Source: Chrysomallon squamiferum (lineage: Eukaryota > Animalia > Mollusca). From it: DNA of 64,000 bases. Each line of letters opens with the position of its first letter. The stretch's first letter is position 1. A model generated the notes under the pieces. It saw only the letters and a list, made by a program, of their open reading frames with translations. It had not been told where the DNA came from and did no database searches. Both the position numbers and the translations under genes were made by a program. The stretch covers positions 29,946,001-30,010,000 of the forward strand of contig CM022670.1 of assembly GCA_012295275.1 (NCBI GenBank), given 5' to 3'. Shown in pieces: positions 1-12,595 of the stretch.

Positions 1-3000
1 ATGCTAATTCCATTGATTCTCCATATGTTCAGAATACTGATCTACCTTATGTACAGAAAGCTGAATCTATTGATCCACCGTATGTTCAGATTACTTAAAT
101 CACTGTCTGAATTGACTATTTTTCTGACTTCTGTCCTATCTAGTATTCAGAATAATGATTCTTTAAAATAATAAAACTGTTTAAATTGCTTTTGTGTATG
201 AGATCACAGTTATCACTGGTTGTTTCACTTATTTTTATCTGTTATATATCTTATATATATATAAACAGATAAAAATAAGTATATATATAAACTATTTTCT
301 TTAAAACTACTTTTACAGACATTTAGTATTATGCTAAATATTTGAGTACTGTAGATTTTTTATATGATACAGTATATAAATAAGTTTTTATATGAATTCA
401 GGAGGTACAGTTTGAAAATACAGTTTGAGATAAAATTTTGGAATAATTCCCATCAACTGTATATCTGACCTTATTTGTCCTATAATTTCTTTCATTTTTA
501 CCCACTTATCAGCAACTCTAACTGCAGAATGGCTAGATCTGTCAGGGATGAGATTGCAGACCACCTCCTTGTTGAAGACTGGTAACTGCAGGTCAGTTAA
601 TTTTAGACAGAGGTGGACATCTACAAGTATTTATAAAAAAAATAAAGTGAATGTTTCACCTTTATAATCAGTGATGAAAATGGGGAGAGTGTCTGCAAGG
701 GTGGGGGCAGTACTTACCTTCTTTTTAGTTTACAGTTTGTCCTGTTTCTGTGCTAGATGAGTCGCAGATTATAATTTAGCCTTTGTCATGTTCCTAACAG
801 TTAACATTAAATTACTTATTTTCTGTAGTTACATTTACATATTTTACTCACCTTTCATAAATAACACATATATTAAGATAAAAAAATCAAAAACAAAATC
901 TTTCTTTAATGAATTAATAACTTTTTATACATTGTTAGAAATTAGAAATTGTTATGACATGCCCAAATTAGGGTAGGTAAAATATAAGTCAGTACTTTTT
1001 TCTGTCAACTAACCTTAATGAAAAACTGATTTATAGACCAGGTTTTTTTTTTAAATGGAATTACTTACAGCATTTAACCCCCACCTTCCTTCTCATCCTT
1101 AGCATCATGGACTTAGTGTATCGCAAGTTCCTAAAACATTTCCATCACTTCATAATACTATCTTTCATTTTTATATTTCATTTGTTGATAAACATATTTA
1201 CTTGTTTGTGTTGAACAAGGATTTATATCATTTTATCTTTTTAACTGAAAATTACAAAATTTTGAATCATGTATTGTAAACCAGTTGTTCAGATTATTGT
1301 TTGTATAAATTATGGATGAAATTTGGAGGATATTTTTTTGTCTTCCATTAGTAAATGTTCTGTGCATATTTTTGAGATGATTTTAAAATGTTTATAACTA
1401 AAATGTTGCTGTTGCATAAATGTATATATAGCTTGAATTTATAAATTATAATTAAAATTGTTTTTGTGATGTAAAGTTGTTATTATATTTGTTTGTATAT
1501 AATGTATGTAGGTAATATTCATGTTAAATTTAAACTGAATAATGCTAAGAAAATATTTAAATACCTACAACTTGCATATTGTTAAATTTAACAGATCCAA
1601 GTTTTAAAATACACAATTCAAAAATATAATTTAATTATAAAAAAAAATTAAATATGGAATTAAATTTTTAAATTTTGTTTTTACATATTTTGAGCTAATT
1701 TGTCTTCCTAAGGCTGAAACTGAAGAATAGGTTCTGCTTTTTTTTTAAATTTGAAATGACAGTTCATAGAAGTATAATTTTATACTTACGCTGTTGTATG
1801 GATCTGCAACTTGGAAATTTTGTTGTTGCACATTAGGTTATCTTTATAGAAAAGAGTGTCTGTAGCACTGGATGTATGATAGAGATTTCTATATTATATA
1901 TATTGTGGATTCTGCATTTCAGAATCATTTTCTTGTACATGAACTTTATTTTTAATTTTTTTTTTTTTAAATCTCCTTTTCTTATTTCAAATTATGAATG
2001 GTATTAATCTGTTTCAGAACTATTCTGTAAGATGTTATTGTTTTTACAGGATGTTTTTAGTGAGGTTTTTTTATGGAGTCTAATTCATTATAAAATTATA
2101 TATATATATACACACACACACACTATATAAAATACTTTACTACAGTAGTTCAGATTTTTTTTTTTTTTTTTTCGATGCCAAAAGATACTGTTTTCAAAAA
2201 GTTTTCTGGATAAAATATTCATAGTTAATAAACATGTTTTCTTATTTAAATGCTGTAATGTTTCATTGTTACTTCTAGCAGGATATGAGCTGTAATGGTT
2301 TTCAAGGTATGACAGAAATGCTCTGGATGTTGGGTATTTTTGATCATGAAAAGAACAGCTTTGAGTCTTAAAGATATATATGGTGATATTAATAAATCCC
2401 ATAACACATTTTCTTTCTTGCAAAGTATGTTACGAACATTTCATAACAGTAAAATATGACAATAACAAAGCATGTTCTTGAAATCCTGGCTAATTACACA
2501 ATTAGTGTTGTGCTCAAAGATGCTGTTAAATACGCATTTCTTTGCTGGGCAGAATATATTCAACATCTTCTGAAATTATATACCATGGAAAATCTTTAAA
2601 AATCTTTTCATATATAAATTTTAGAAATTATTTTAATGATAAGACATAAGGACATTTTCACTTTAAAACATGTTTATTGTGGTTGTGGTGCACATCATAA
2701 TTTTGTTTAAAATAATTTTACAATGTGATGTAAACACATATATAAAGAACAGATAAATGTACATAAGTCAAGTTTTGAAAAAATATTTCTTTTGTAACAC
2801 AACAATTTAATTATTCCTAAGTTAGCCTGCTTCCATATTATTTAAGAATGTGTATATGTGTGTATATAGGTATGTATGCACAATTATAGCACTTTTTAAA
2901 TAAAAATTTATTGCAGTCAAAGTGCTTAGGTAAAACATTTTAACAAAAGAGATTTTCCTACTTAACTTAATAATTGCCATTCTATTATCATATTTATTTG

Positions 3001-5630
3001 TTTATTAATAATTAGTATTTAAATGTTTGAATGTCAGACCCTTTGTATGTACTGTTAAATAAATAAAATTTCTTAAGATATAATTACAGCCAACATTTTC
3101 TCAAAATAAAATTAAGAGAAAGAAAATGACTTTTTTTCTTTTATTATAATCTGTTTTAAGAAAATTTTCAAAGCCATTGCTAAAAACAAAAAAACAAACC
3201 AAACAAAACTATTTCAAAACATCAAATGTAGATGTCGTAACAGTAATTTAATGATACGTTTCAATGATGATTTTTAATTACTCCTGGAGGTAAGGAAAAA
3301 CCAGAATAATAAAGTAATGCAAATATATAATAATAACAATCATAAACAACTTAAAAAAAAAAAAAAATTAAAATATAATTTTTCATTTTTTTTTAATTGA
3401 ATTTAAAAACGCAAAATAGAATCCAAACAAAACATACTTTAACTGCATCTTATAATTTATATGACTAATTTCAGTTCCAGACTTCAAAATATGTATGTTA
3501 ACTTATTCAGTTACAAGTTTATATTAGACTTTTATTAGTTCTTAATTTCAAGTTTTGAATAAAGACAATCAGAAGCCTTAAAGCCAATTACACTGACATG
3601 TATGTCACATATTTATTTATCATTCATTTTTACTGTGTCACTAATCTTTCTTGAAGTATAACAAGCTGTGGACTTAATATATATATATATATATATATAT
3701 TTATTTATTTATTTAGTTACAGTTATTTGAATCCTCATTGAAAATAGTACAACTTGATCAATGATTATTACCAACATTAGAAATATTCTGTCTGTTAAAT
3801 AAAAAGCATTTGTACATTTAAAGCAAAACCTAAGGATTCTGTTAATATATTCCTTATTACTTTATACAAAAGATATGCTCCATTCTAGAATTAGGATAAG
3901 AAATAAAAGAAAAATTAATAATAAATAATTACAGACAATAAATAAATAAAATAATTTTTTTTTTTTTTAAATACTCTATACAAATAAATAAGTAAACAAA
4001 TACATAATAATTATAATGATTAAAATAATAATATATTCTTAATTGAAATCATAACTAAAATAACTAAAAGTGTTTTGTTATTGTTTTAGATTAATAAAAT
4101 TTAAAGATATTCCAGTTAAAAAAACATATTGAGTAATGTGGGTTCTTAGGTTTTGTAAGTCACATTATTGTCTAAAAAGCTTCTAAACTTTTAATACATT
4201 TTTTAAAATAGCCTTTAGCAGACAAATACTATATGTTTTCTTCCTGGTTATATTTCTAGGAACTGCCCTAGAATTGTGTTGTTTTTTCCAGCAGTAAATG
4301 ATCAGCATAAACAAAAGAAATTTTGTTTCCAAGGCAACACATGACACAGTGTGCTTACACCCACATCCACATTCTTTCTCTCTTGCACACACACACACTT
4401 TCTCTCTCACTTACACACAGACAAATATAATTAGGGCTATACAAAAATAAACATGATTCAGTGTTGAAAAAACAAAGATAGTTACATCATGCACTGTGCA
4501 AGATGGAATAAATCCTGAGAATTTTTAAATACACTTACATGTACAAAAATATCAAACATTGTGCTTATTTCACAGTACAGACAATTATAACAATGGCTAA
4601 CAGCTGTGGGGTTTAGAATATACATAACACATTTTGTAATTCAGTAGGTAACAAGCAGGTAAATATTTGTGTGTGTGTGTGTGTGTGTGTGTGTAATTGT
4701 AACATTCAGACATACCAACAATGAAATAAAACAATAAATGAACTGGTAATAATACATTTATAAATAATTAAAATGTATCTTTGGTAGTATAGGCAATAAC
4801 CTTTAAACCATTTCCTTCTTTCTTTTTTCTTTTACACTTACATGTTACTTTCAGCCAAACAATGCTAATAACAAAGCACACACAAATGGTGATGATGTCA
4901 TTTTATAACCAATTTCTATACAAATGAAAACATAATAACAAAATACCAACTTTATATAAAGTTTTGTCACTGGCAACTAATTGTTACTGATAATAAAGTA
5001 TGTTAATTAAATATTAGACTTGCTTGGTTATTTCTCATGAGAAATCTTTGCTGTTGACCCTTAATTTCACAGACCTTAGTTTTGCAGACCAAACCTGGAA
5101 AACCCTTTTTTTTTTAACTTGCCACCATCACCCAATTGAAACCTTACCTCTATTTATTCTGAGTCCCACTATATGATCACAACAATCTCTACCCACTTTC
5201 TATAACAGTAAGAGTACATTTTACAAGTATACCCATAACCATCCTAACCTAACAAATTTCACTCAACTTAGCCCACCTTTTTCTTTACATACACAGTCTG
5301 ATATTTATCCTATAACTGTTTTTATGTCTGTATATTATTCTTGCATGATTATTTTACTGTATTACAATTTTGTTATATATATATATATATATCAAAATTT
5401 AATATTTCAGTAAATTTAAGGGTTAATGTTAACACTTGCAATTTCCAAAACTTTTGCATTTTCCAGTACAATGCCCTGGCCTATTAGCCATCAAAAATCA
5501 GGGGTCAACACAAATAAAATAATGGAACTATGATGATGTGATAAAGTTAACATTTTTCCTGATGACATTTCAAAAAGAACATGATATAATAACATGGAAT
5601 TGTAGAGAAATGTATTTTGATCATTTATAC

Positions 5631-6822
5631 CAGTGGTGCCCAATATGTTGATCACACAGATAGTTTGGGTAGATTGCATGACATTAAAAATAGCCTATCC
5701 TCCATCCTGCAGCCAGTCTGAGATCTTATCTCATCTCGCACACAAGGGGACATCGCCAATGAACGTCGCCTGTTCTTTTCAAGCCAGATCTCTTCAAAGA
5801 CGGCTGGAGAAGGCAGACTGTGACCACTGTGAGTTGTTGCTACACACTGATGGCTTAGTAGGGGGAAATTCCTGCAGAGATTTTGAGAGCTCTGTCCAGA
5901 GATAAAGGAATTTCTTCTTAAACATGCAGAATACAACCAACTGAATGACCATCAGTGGCTGCTAGACTTGGCATTTTTAACTGATCTGACCAACATTTGA
6001 ATGAGCTTAATTTAGAGCTGCAAGGAAAAGACCAAACTGTGGTCAAAATCATCAGCTCAGTTAAAGCTTTTAAACAAAAAATGAAACATCTCTCCTCAAA
6101 GCTGGAGTGCCATGATTTGGAAAAATTTCAGAATCTTGCATCATAGCTGGTGACACAACAGAAGCCATGGGTGCAACTTGACTGTGAGCACTACACAAAG
6201 CAGACTGACAATTGTCTGTCAGAGTTTGACAGATGCTTTCAAGACTTTGCTTTACTTGAGCCAGTTGCTACATTTATGTGCAATCCATTTCAGGAAGATG
6301 TTGACGATGATTCACTCACATAAAAAATGTCAATGCTGTTTCATTTGAACTTGTCTGGAGTGAAGGATCAGATTTTGTCGCTACAGGCTGACACTGAGCT
6401 GAAGTCCAGGGCTCACAGACTGTTCTGGAACTTGCTCACTGAGGAAAACTACCCAAACCTGAGGTAATGTGCTGCCTTCTTGACTGGATTATTTGGCTCA
6501 AGTTATTTATGAGAGTCAGCCTTTTCCCACATGAAGATTATTAAGTCCAAATACTGTTCCACCAAGATTGATGAACATTTGGAAGTCTGTTTGAGGATGG
6601 CTATCAGCAGCTACTGTCCAGACTATGCAACCCTGGCTGATTCCTTACAGTGCAAGTCATCAGAGTAAGGTGATGTACAGACTTGTATTGTGCCAAACAG
6701 GTTCAAACATAAATTATATATATAAGATATACTTAGTATAAATAAATAAATGTTTTGCATTTTTATTGTCGGTATATCATTTTGACTTGGTCATTTAAAA
6801 GGTAGCTTGCAAGCCAAAAAGT
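5631..6822 (+). mobile_element. Decayed, internally deleted hAT DNA transposon (Buster/SPIN, GTF2IRD2/EPM2AIP1-like transposase C-terminal half)
   Basis: Broken translation 5759-6668: ..ELLLHTD/WLSRGKFLQRF*EL..WLLDLAFLTDL../LNELNLELQG..FWNLL..YPNL..LFGSSYL*ESAFSHMKIIKSKY..DEHLEVCLR, with stops and frameshifts. 5' end CAGTGGTGCCCAA is TIR-like; 3' end is truncated after ggtagcttgcaagccaaaaagt. Confidence 0.9.
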
Positions 6823-8972
6823 AATTGAAATATTATGTATATTACATAAAAAAAAAAAGAATATTAACTTGTTTTTACATATAGAAAAAAAGTACAGAAA
6901 TAAAACAGCATTAATAATTAATAAAAATAAAAATAACTATCATAAAATGAAATGTAAGTACTATTCATAACAGTACTATTAGTACTATTATTAATAACAA
7001 TTATTAAAAAAACAAACAAAAAAAAACATTTTTTCTTTTATCAGATTTGTATTTAATATTATTTTATTATGAACACTGGCAGAACATGAACAAATATTTC
7101 TCAGTGACATTTACATTTATGTTTTTGTCAGCGTTCATTTTAATGACACATTTATGCAGATGAAATCAACATTGATAATGTTGTAGATTCTGATAACAGT
7201 TAAATAATATTGAGCAATTGAGATCATGTGGCTATCACAAACATATAAAAATATTTTAGGCAAGTCTCTTTACCTGTATGTATAAAATAATGACAATGTT
7301 TGCATGTATTCATTGTATTATATACATCTATGTCTCTATATTATTTCGAAGAAGAGAAAGAGTAAAAATAGAATTAATATATTTAAAAAAAAAAAAAAAA
7401 ATGACATTAAGATTTTGATAGACATAATTATTTTAAAACTAAAGAAATGAAATATCATTGTATTATACTGAAAGTACTGAGCAAGGAATCAGAAAACCTA
7501 CAACACATAGGGACATTTTTGTTTTTTAAATGAAAAAAATTATTTTAATTTTTTGTTTTTAAAATTCATATATCCATTAAGGCAAAAGATCAAGGCCACA
7601 TTTTAATACTGAAATAACAAAATGAATTTAAATAAATTTAGAAGTTTATATATTATTAAATGTTTTCTATACATTTTTTTTAAATGTAAATTTATTTTTT
7701 TTCTCTGAAATGAATGCTAAGAATAATGGTTGGCAAAAATAACAATGATAATAGTTAAAAGCAATGATTATAACAATAAAGGTGATAATGACAATAACTG
7801 ATACTGACACTAACTATAATCTATTTTTTAGTTAATAAATATTGTAATACAACACAAAATCTTCAGATTCTGTGAAATAACACAAGCACCTCAGAATCTG
7901 TCAAAAAAGACAAACATTTCAGATACTTCATGTTTTATCAATATAAAAAGCATCTATCAGTTCCAGTATAAAAGAAAATAATTTCACCATCATAGATCTT
8001 ATATTCTTTACTTTAAACTTCTCTCTATGATAAGTAACTTTCAGATTTTTTTTTTTTTTTTCAGAATTTATGTGACAATATATGGTTATTCTTTGTTATT
8101 TCTGAATAATACAGAGAATAAACACATTTACTTTTAACAAGACAATCTTGATAGTTTTAGTATTCTGAATATTTGGTTATTAACTAATGAGAAATATTTG
8201 AGTAATTTTTGCTGTAGAAAAATAATTGTGTTGACCACTAAAATGAAATCCCATTATTTTTCAGCAAATAATGCTGAAGCTAGAAGAATAATACTCAACA
8301 TTTGAATTTATAGAAATTTTAAACTGTTAAAACCATTTGTTATTTAAAACTCATAGTAAATGATTGTTTGATAGCACTGGTTGAATAGAATGACGACATC
8401 TATTTATTTCAACAAAAGAATATTAATAAAAACAAAGTAATATTCTGATTTTATATAAATGTTTGTGCTATTTAATAATATTACGTCAAAATATTGGTTT
8501 ACAACCACTGAACATTTTCTTTCCAGTCATAATTATTTGATAAGATATAGTCAAAAAACCAAATTTTAATTAAAAAAAAAATTGTAACTTGGTCATGTCT
8601 TGAAAAATACTTATATGTAGGGAAAGAACAACAGCATCAGTAGTTTTATGGATACTTGAACCTATTTTTTCAGCAAGAAATTATGGCTGGTCTCTGCATT
8701 CACTAAACTTTCAATAGCTGTATGTTAGAAGCTGAGTTAAATATTTCCTAAGGTCACACACACAAACACACACGTAAACATATGCTGTTACATATTTTCT
8801 ATTTTGATATTTATATATTCATATTCAAATGTGTTTTTCTGAATATAAATTAAATATTAAAAAGTTTTATGTTGGTTAAAATAAAAAAATCACTTTATAA
8901 AATTGGATATCTGGTATACACATACATATACATTTAAATCCAATTTTATAAAGTGATTTTTGTATATGTGAT

Positions 8973-8983
8973 ATGTCTGTATG

Positions 8984-9017
<34 letters not shown>

Positions 9018-9115
9018 TATATGTATATGTGTGTATACATATATATATATATATGTATTTATGTATGTACGTATGTATGTATGTATGTACATACATATAA
9101 ATATATATATATATC
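8973..9115. repeat. (ATGT)n/(AT)n compound microsatellite
   Basis: Direct reading. Confidence 0.9.
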
Positions 9116-10106
9116 AGTACTTATAAACTGTCATATATATTTGTTTTCTTCTGTAAATTAAAAAATGAAACTGCAAATGTAAAACCATTATATAAAATAA
9201 GTAACAGAAGGTGAGCTTTATTACAGTGCTGTTTTAAACCCTGTTTATCTTATGCTGCTTTCTGCTTGGGTGCTTAGATGCTAAAACAACAAATAGATTT
9301 TGTAAAATTATAAAAATATTTTAGACCATGAGATATTTTTTTTTATATATAATATTGAAGTTATTAGACAATACAGAAAATTCAAATCATCCCATTCAAA
9401 CATCTCATTCAGCCATAACACAATGACAACATGAATATATAATAAAAATATATATATGTAGGTATACACAAATTAGGAAGGGAGTGGAGATCTTATAATA
9501 CAAGACATAATGCGAAGTTAAAATGATATGCTTTTATCTACTTTGTGATAAATATAGCAAAATGGCATGGGACCTTGTAGTCAAATTTATTATTATTTCT
9601 CATTCAGTTATTACTAAAGTGAAAATGAATATTCAGAACAAATAACAACTTCAGAAGTATCAATATTCTAATAAATTAACATCACTGTGCAATTAAGAAC
9701 ATTGTTTGTGGTGAAAAACACCGCACAAATAATAATAATAGAAAATATCTTATCTAATTTTAAAGTTACCAATTTAAATTTTGATTTACAAATTAATAAA
9801 GATAATAAATTAAAAATATTAATAATAATAAATAAAAATAATCAAATAAACATAATAATAATAATAATAATAAATCTTCCGCAACGATGCTGAAATAAGA
9901 AGAGCAATCGTGTAAATTTTTAAAACTGATGTCGGATATTAAGGTAAATAAAAAAACAAAAAAAACACCTATATATTTAGTACTTTAAACTCTCCCCTAA
10001 CTTCACTTTCATTGTTCTAAATTTATCTTACATTCTTAATTTACTGACAAAGATAGTGAAAATATTAATACATCTGTCCCATGACATTTAACCATTTTAC
10101 ATTACG

Positions 10107-12111
10107 TTACACCTCTGTCGATTCTTCTTCTGGCAGTTTTATTATTGGAATATCGTGTACAGGCTTTGGCGGTGACGTCAGCTCAGGTGCTTCCTGTGTT
10201 TCCATGGTTTCCCATCTCGCTGTTGCTCCTGAAGGCACCTCCTCGCATTCTTCCTCTTCAATGCTGTCTTGCGGCGAAGGACGCCTCACGGAGCTAGCAC
10301 TACTGTCACTTCCGAGACTAGCACTGCGCATGTCAGGCGCCAACCTGTTCCTTCTTTGTTCCTGACCAACAACCGGTTCTGTTTGCTTTCTCTGAAGCCT
10401 ATGCCTGTGGTGTAACTTAGGAGAACGACGCATGCCACACTTGCTGAGATCAAGAGAATCATGGCGAATAAAATCATTGAATATTTTGTTAGTTTTTTCG
10501 TCTATACTATAGTCTCTCGTTAAGTATCTCTCTCGGTACTCACGCGAATGGAATTTAAAAAACCTGGCAAACACTGACATTTTATTTGGCACAGTATTGT
10601 CCTCAAAACTGTCCCCCGAGGGCAGTTCTGATTTAGAATCGGTTTCCGGTTCGTTGATGCTCTCGTACACGCGTACCATCTGCCTTTCACGACTATATGC
10701 TCGGCGCTTTTTCGACGCAGTTTTACCATTTCTCCTTTCAAAATGAGAGGCGTTGCCTGATCGTTTATAAAGTAATTTCTGGCTATCTGACGCAGCTGCT
10801 TCTTCACTTTGCTCGGGTGATTTCGGCGGAGATTTCTGGTTGGTCTTCTGCGACATTTTTTCTGTTTGGTACGTACCAGGAGACATGTCGCGTTCTGCAT
10901 CTGCACTATCCTTTGCAGACTGTTGCGTCTCAAGAGATTTGTATCCGCTGTCCGTTTTCATTTGTCTTAGTTTACTTGTCTGACTTTCAGTCGTACTATC
11001 AGTATTGTCTGTAGTTGACTCAAAAGAGGTGGTTGTAACCTCGTACCTGCTGGTGTCAGATATATCTCCATCTGTTTCCACACTGTCAAAACTATTCTCT
11101 GTGCTGGTATTCGGTCCAGCTTTTTGCAGACGTCGTGTAAGAATACTTTTATAATTCTGTCTTCGGTTTTCATAGTTAGGATGTAAAAGATTCTTAGAGC
11201 TAGTCTTAACACTGCTTTCCCATTGAATACCACTGTCTCTCTGGTCGCTAATTCCAGCATCGCTGGGCGCTTCTGCGTTCGATTCAAACGATGTGGTGCA
11301 AGGTGTCAAGTGTTCTCTGTCGGGAGATTCTTCCGGCGACGTCATATCCTCCATTCGTATCGTGTCGCTGCATTCATCCTCTTCTTCCAAGGTTGCCCTC
11401 AGGTTCCAGAGTTCTCTGTACTTCTGAGTGCCGTTCAGTGTCTCTGTTTCGTCACTGTCACCGAGCATGACACTTTCAAGATCAAGGTCATTTAAATACT
11501 CCACGTGCTCTTCATTTAGCTGCTCCAGACTGCCGGTGTCGTTGTATCTAACTTTACTTTTTAACGACGACCCCAGCTCGGATATAATTTCGAAGTCTGT
11601 GTTGTAACACGGACCTTTAGAGAATTCTGTTATTTTTAACACATCGTAATCAGGCACGTCTTCGTAACTTTTCACTTTTCTCGTCTCTCGGTATACTCGG
11701 CTCTGAGAGGGCGTCGTTGTGTCCACGCTGTGAGAATACTTATGAATGGCGTTCACTCTCGCGCACTGCGAGTTAGAGTTACGGGTTTCTTTTCTTCCAT
11801 CCAGACTTTCAGACTTGGAAAATTTTTCTGTGACTCTATGATTCTGTTGGTAGTGGACTTCAACTGATATTTCTGTTTTTACTGGTCTTCCAGGTGGTGA
11901 AGGCGATTCGTTTAAATCTACCATAGGAATAATTTCTGGTTTGGATTTTCTCCGAGCTTCCTTAAACTGTTCCTCTATGCTGGCTCTTAGGGCTGCTTCG
12001 TCGAACCAGTTTCTTGATCCATTTATAGAAGAGACTCCCATGGAATACTGTCTGTGAACATTGCGGTCAATTTTGGATCGTTTTAAATGATGGAAATCGC
12101 CTTCGGTGTAT
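10107..12111 (-). CDS. CBARP: CBARP-like terminal coding exon (2005 nt; large disordered Ser/Thr/Glu-rich cytoplasmic region with the Cav-beta-binding-type motifs; ends ...EEESTEV*)
   Basis: The 644-aa ORF extends upstream to acceptor tttgtttatttcag|A at 12111. The phase-2 junction yields FRR-YTEGDFHHLKRSK. GC content is clearly above the flanks. Confidence 0.93.
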
Positions 12112-12557
12112 CTGAAATAAACAAAATTATTGTTGCTAATAAAATATATAAGATAATAAAATGAATGACATAATAAAAAATATAACTGTTGCAGATAGTA
12201 TAGTAATTATATATTATGGTGATAACAGCGGTTACCGTGTCCTTAATCTGTATATGCGTGTTTGAATGTACATTCGTGTACATACAAAGAACTTGGTAAC
12301 ACTGGAATGAAAATTGTTTCAGAAATTATGATATTTCTTGTAATTCATTAATAATCTGATGTTTTGTTTCTATATTGCTTCTTTAAATATACCATTATTC
12401 ACCCTTTTGTCATACGATGTTTAGAACATATTTAATCATAATATATAATCATATCCGAAATTTTTTGTTTGTTTGTTTTTTTGTTTTTTTTCCTCTCGGT
12501 AGTCTTACGAGGCAGTTGCAAGCGATTGTTATTTCATTACAATAAACATCTAATAGT

Positions 12558-12595
<38 letters not shown>

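Noticed and set aside
22-165. Weak repeat TATGTTCAGAATACTGA at the window start
   Set aside because: Three to four very degenerate copies cut by the window edge; not interpretable.
5633-6668. Functional GTF2IRD2/EPM2AIP1-like host gene
   Set aside because: Multiple stops and frameshifts, missing N-terminal half, TIR-like start: a transposon fossil.
3000-10106. Exact CBARP polyadenylation site
   Set aside because: Many TTTATT hexamers (e.g. ~9586, ~9217, ~3139) in AT-rich DNA; cannot choose without 3'-end data.
10081-11495. Overlapping ORFs 10081+, 10286-, 10520-, 10697+, 10967-, 11223+
   Set aside because: Shadow or alternative-frame ORFs of the GC-richer CBARP exon; no independent motifs.
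10107-12041. Treating the 644-aa ORF as a complete single-exon gene
   Set aside because: The frame continues upstream to an acceptor at 12111 and includes the conserved YTEGDFHHLK; the TM lies in an upstream exon.
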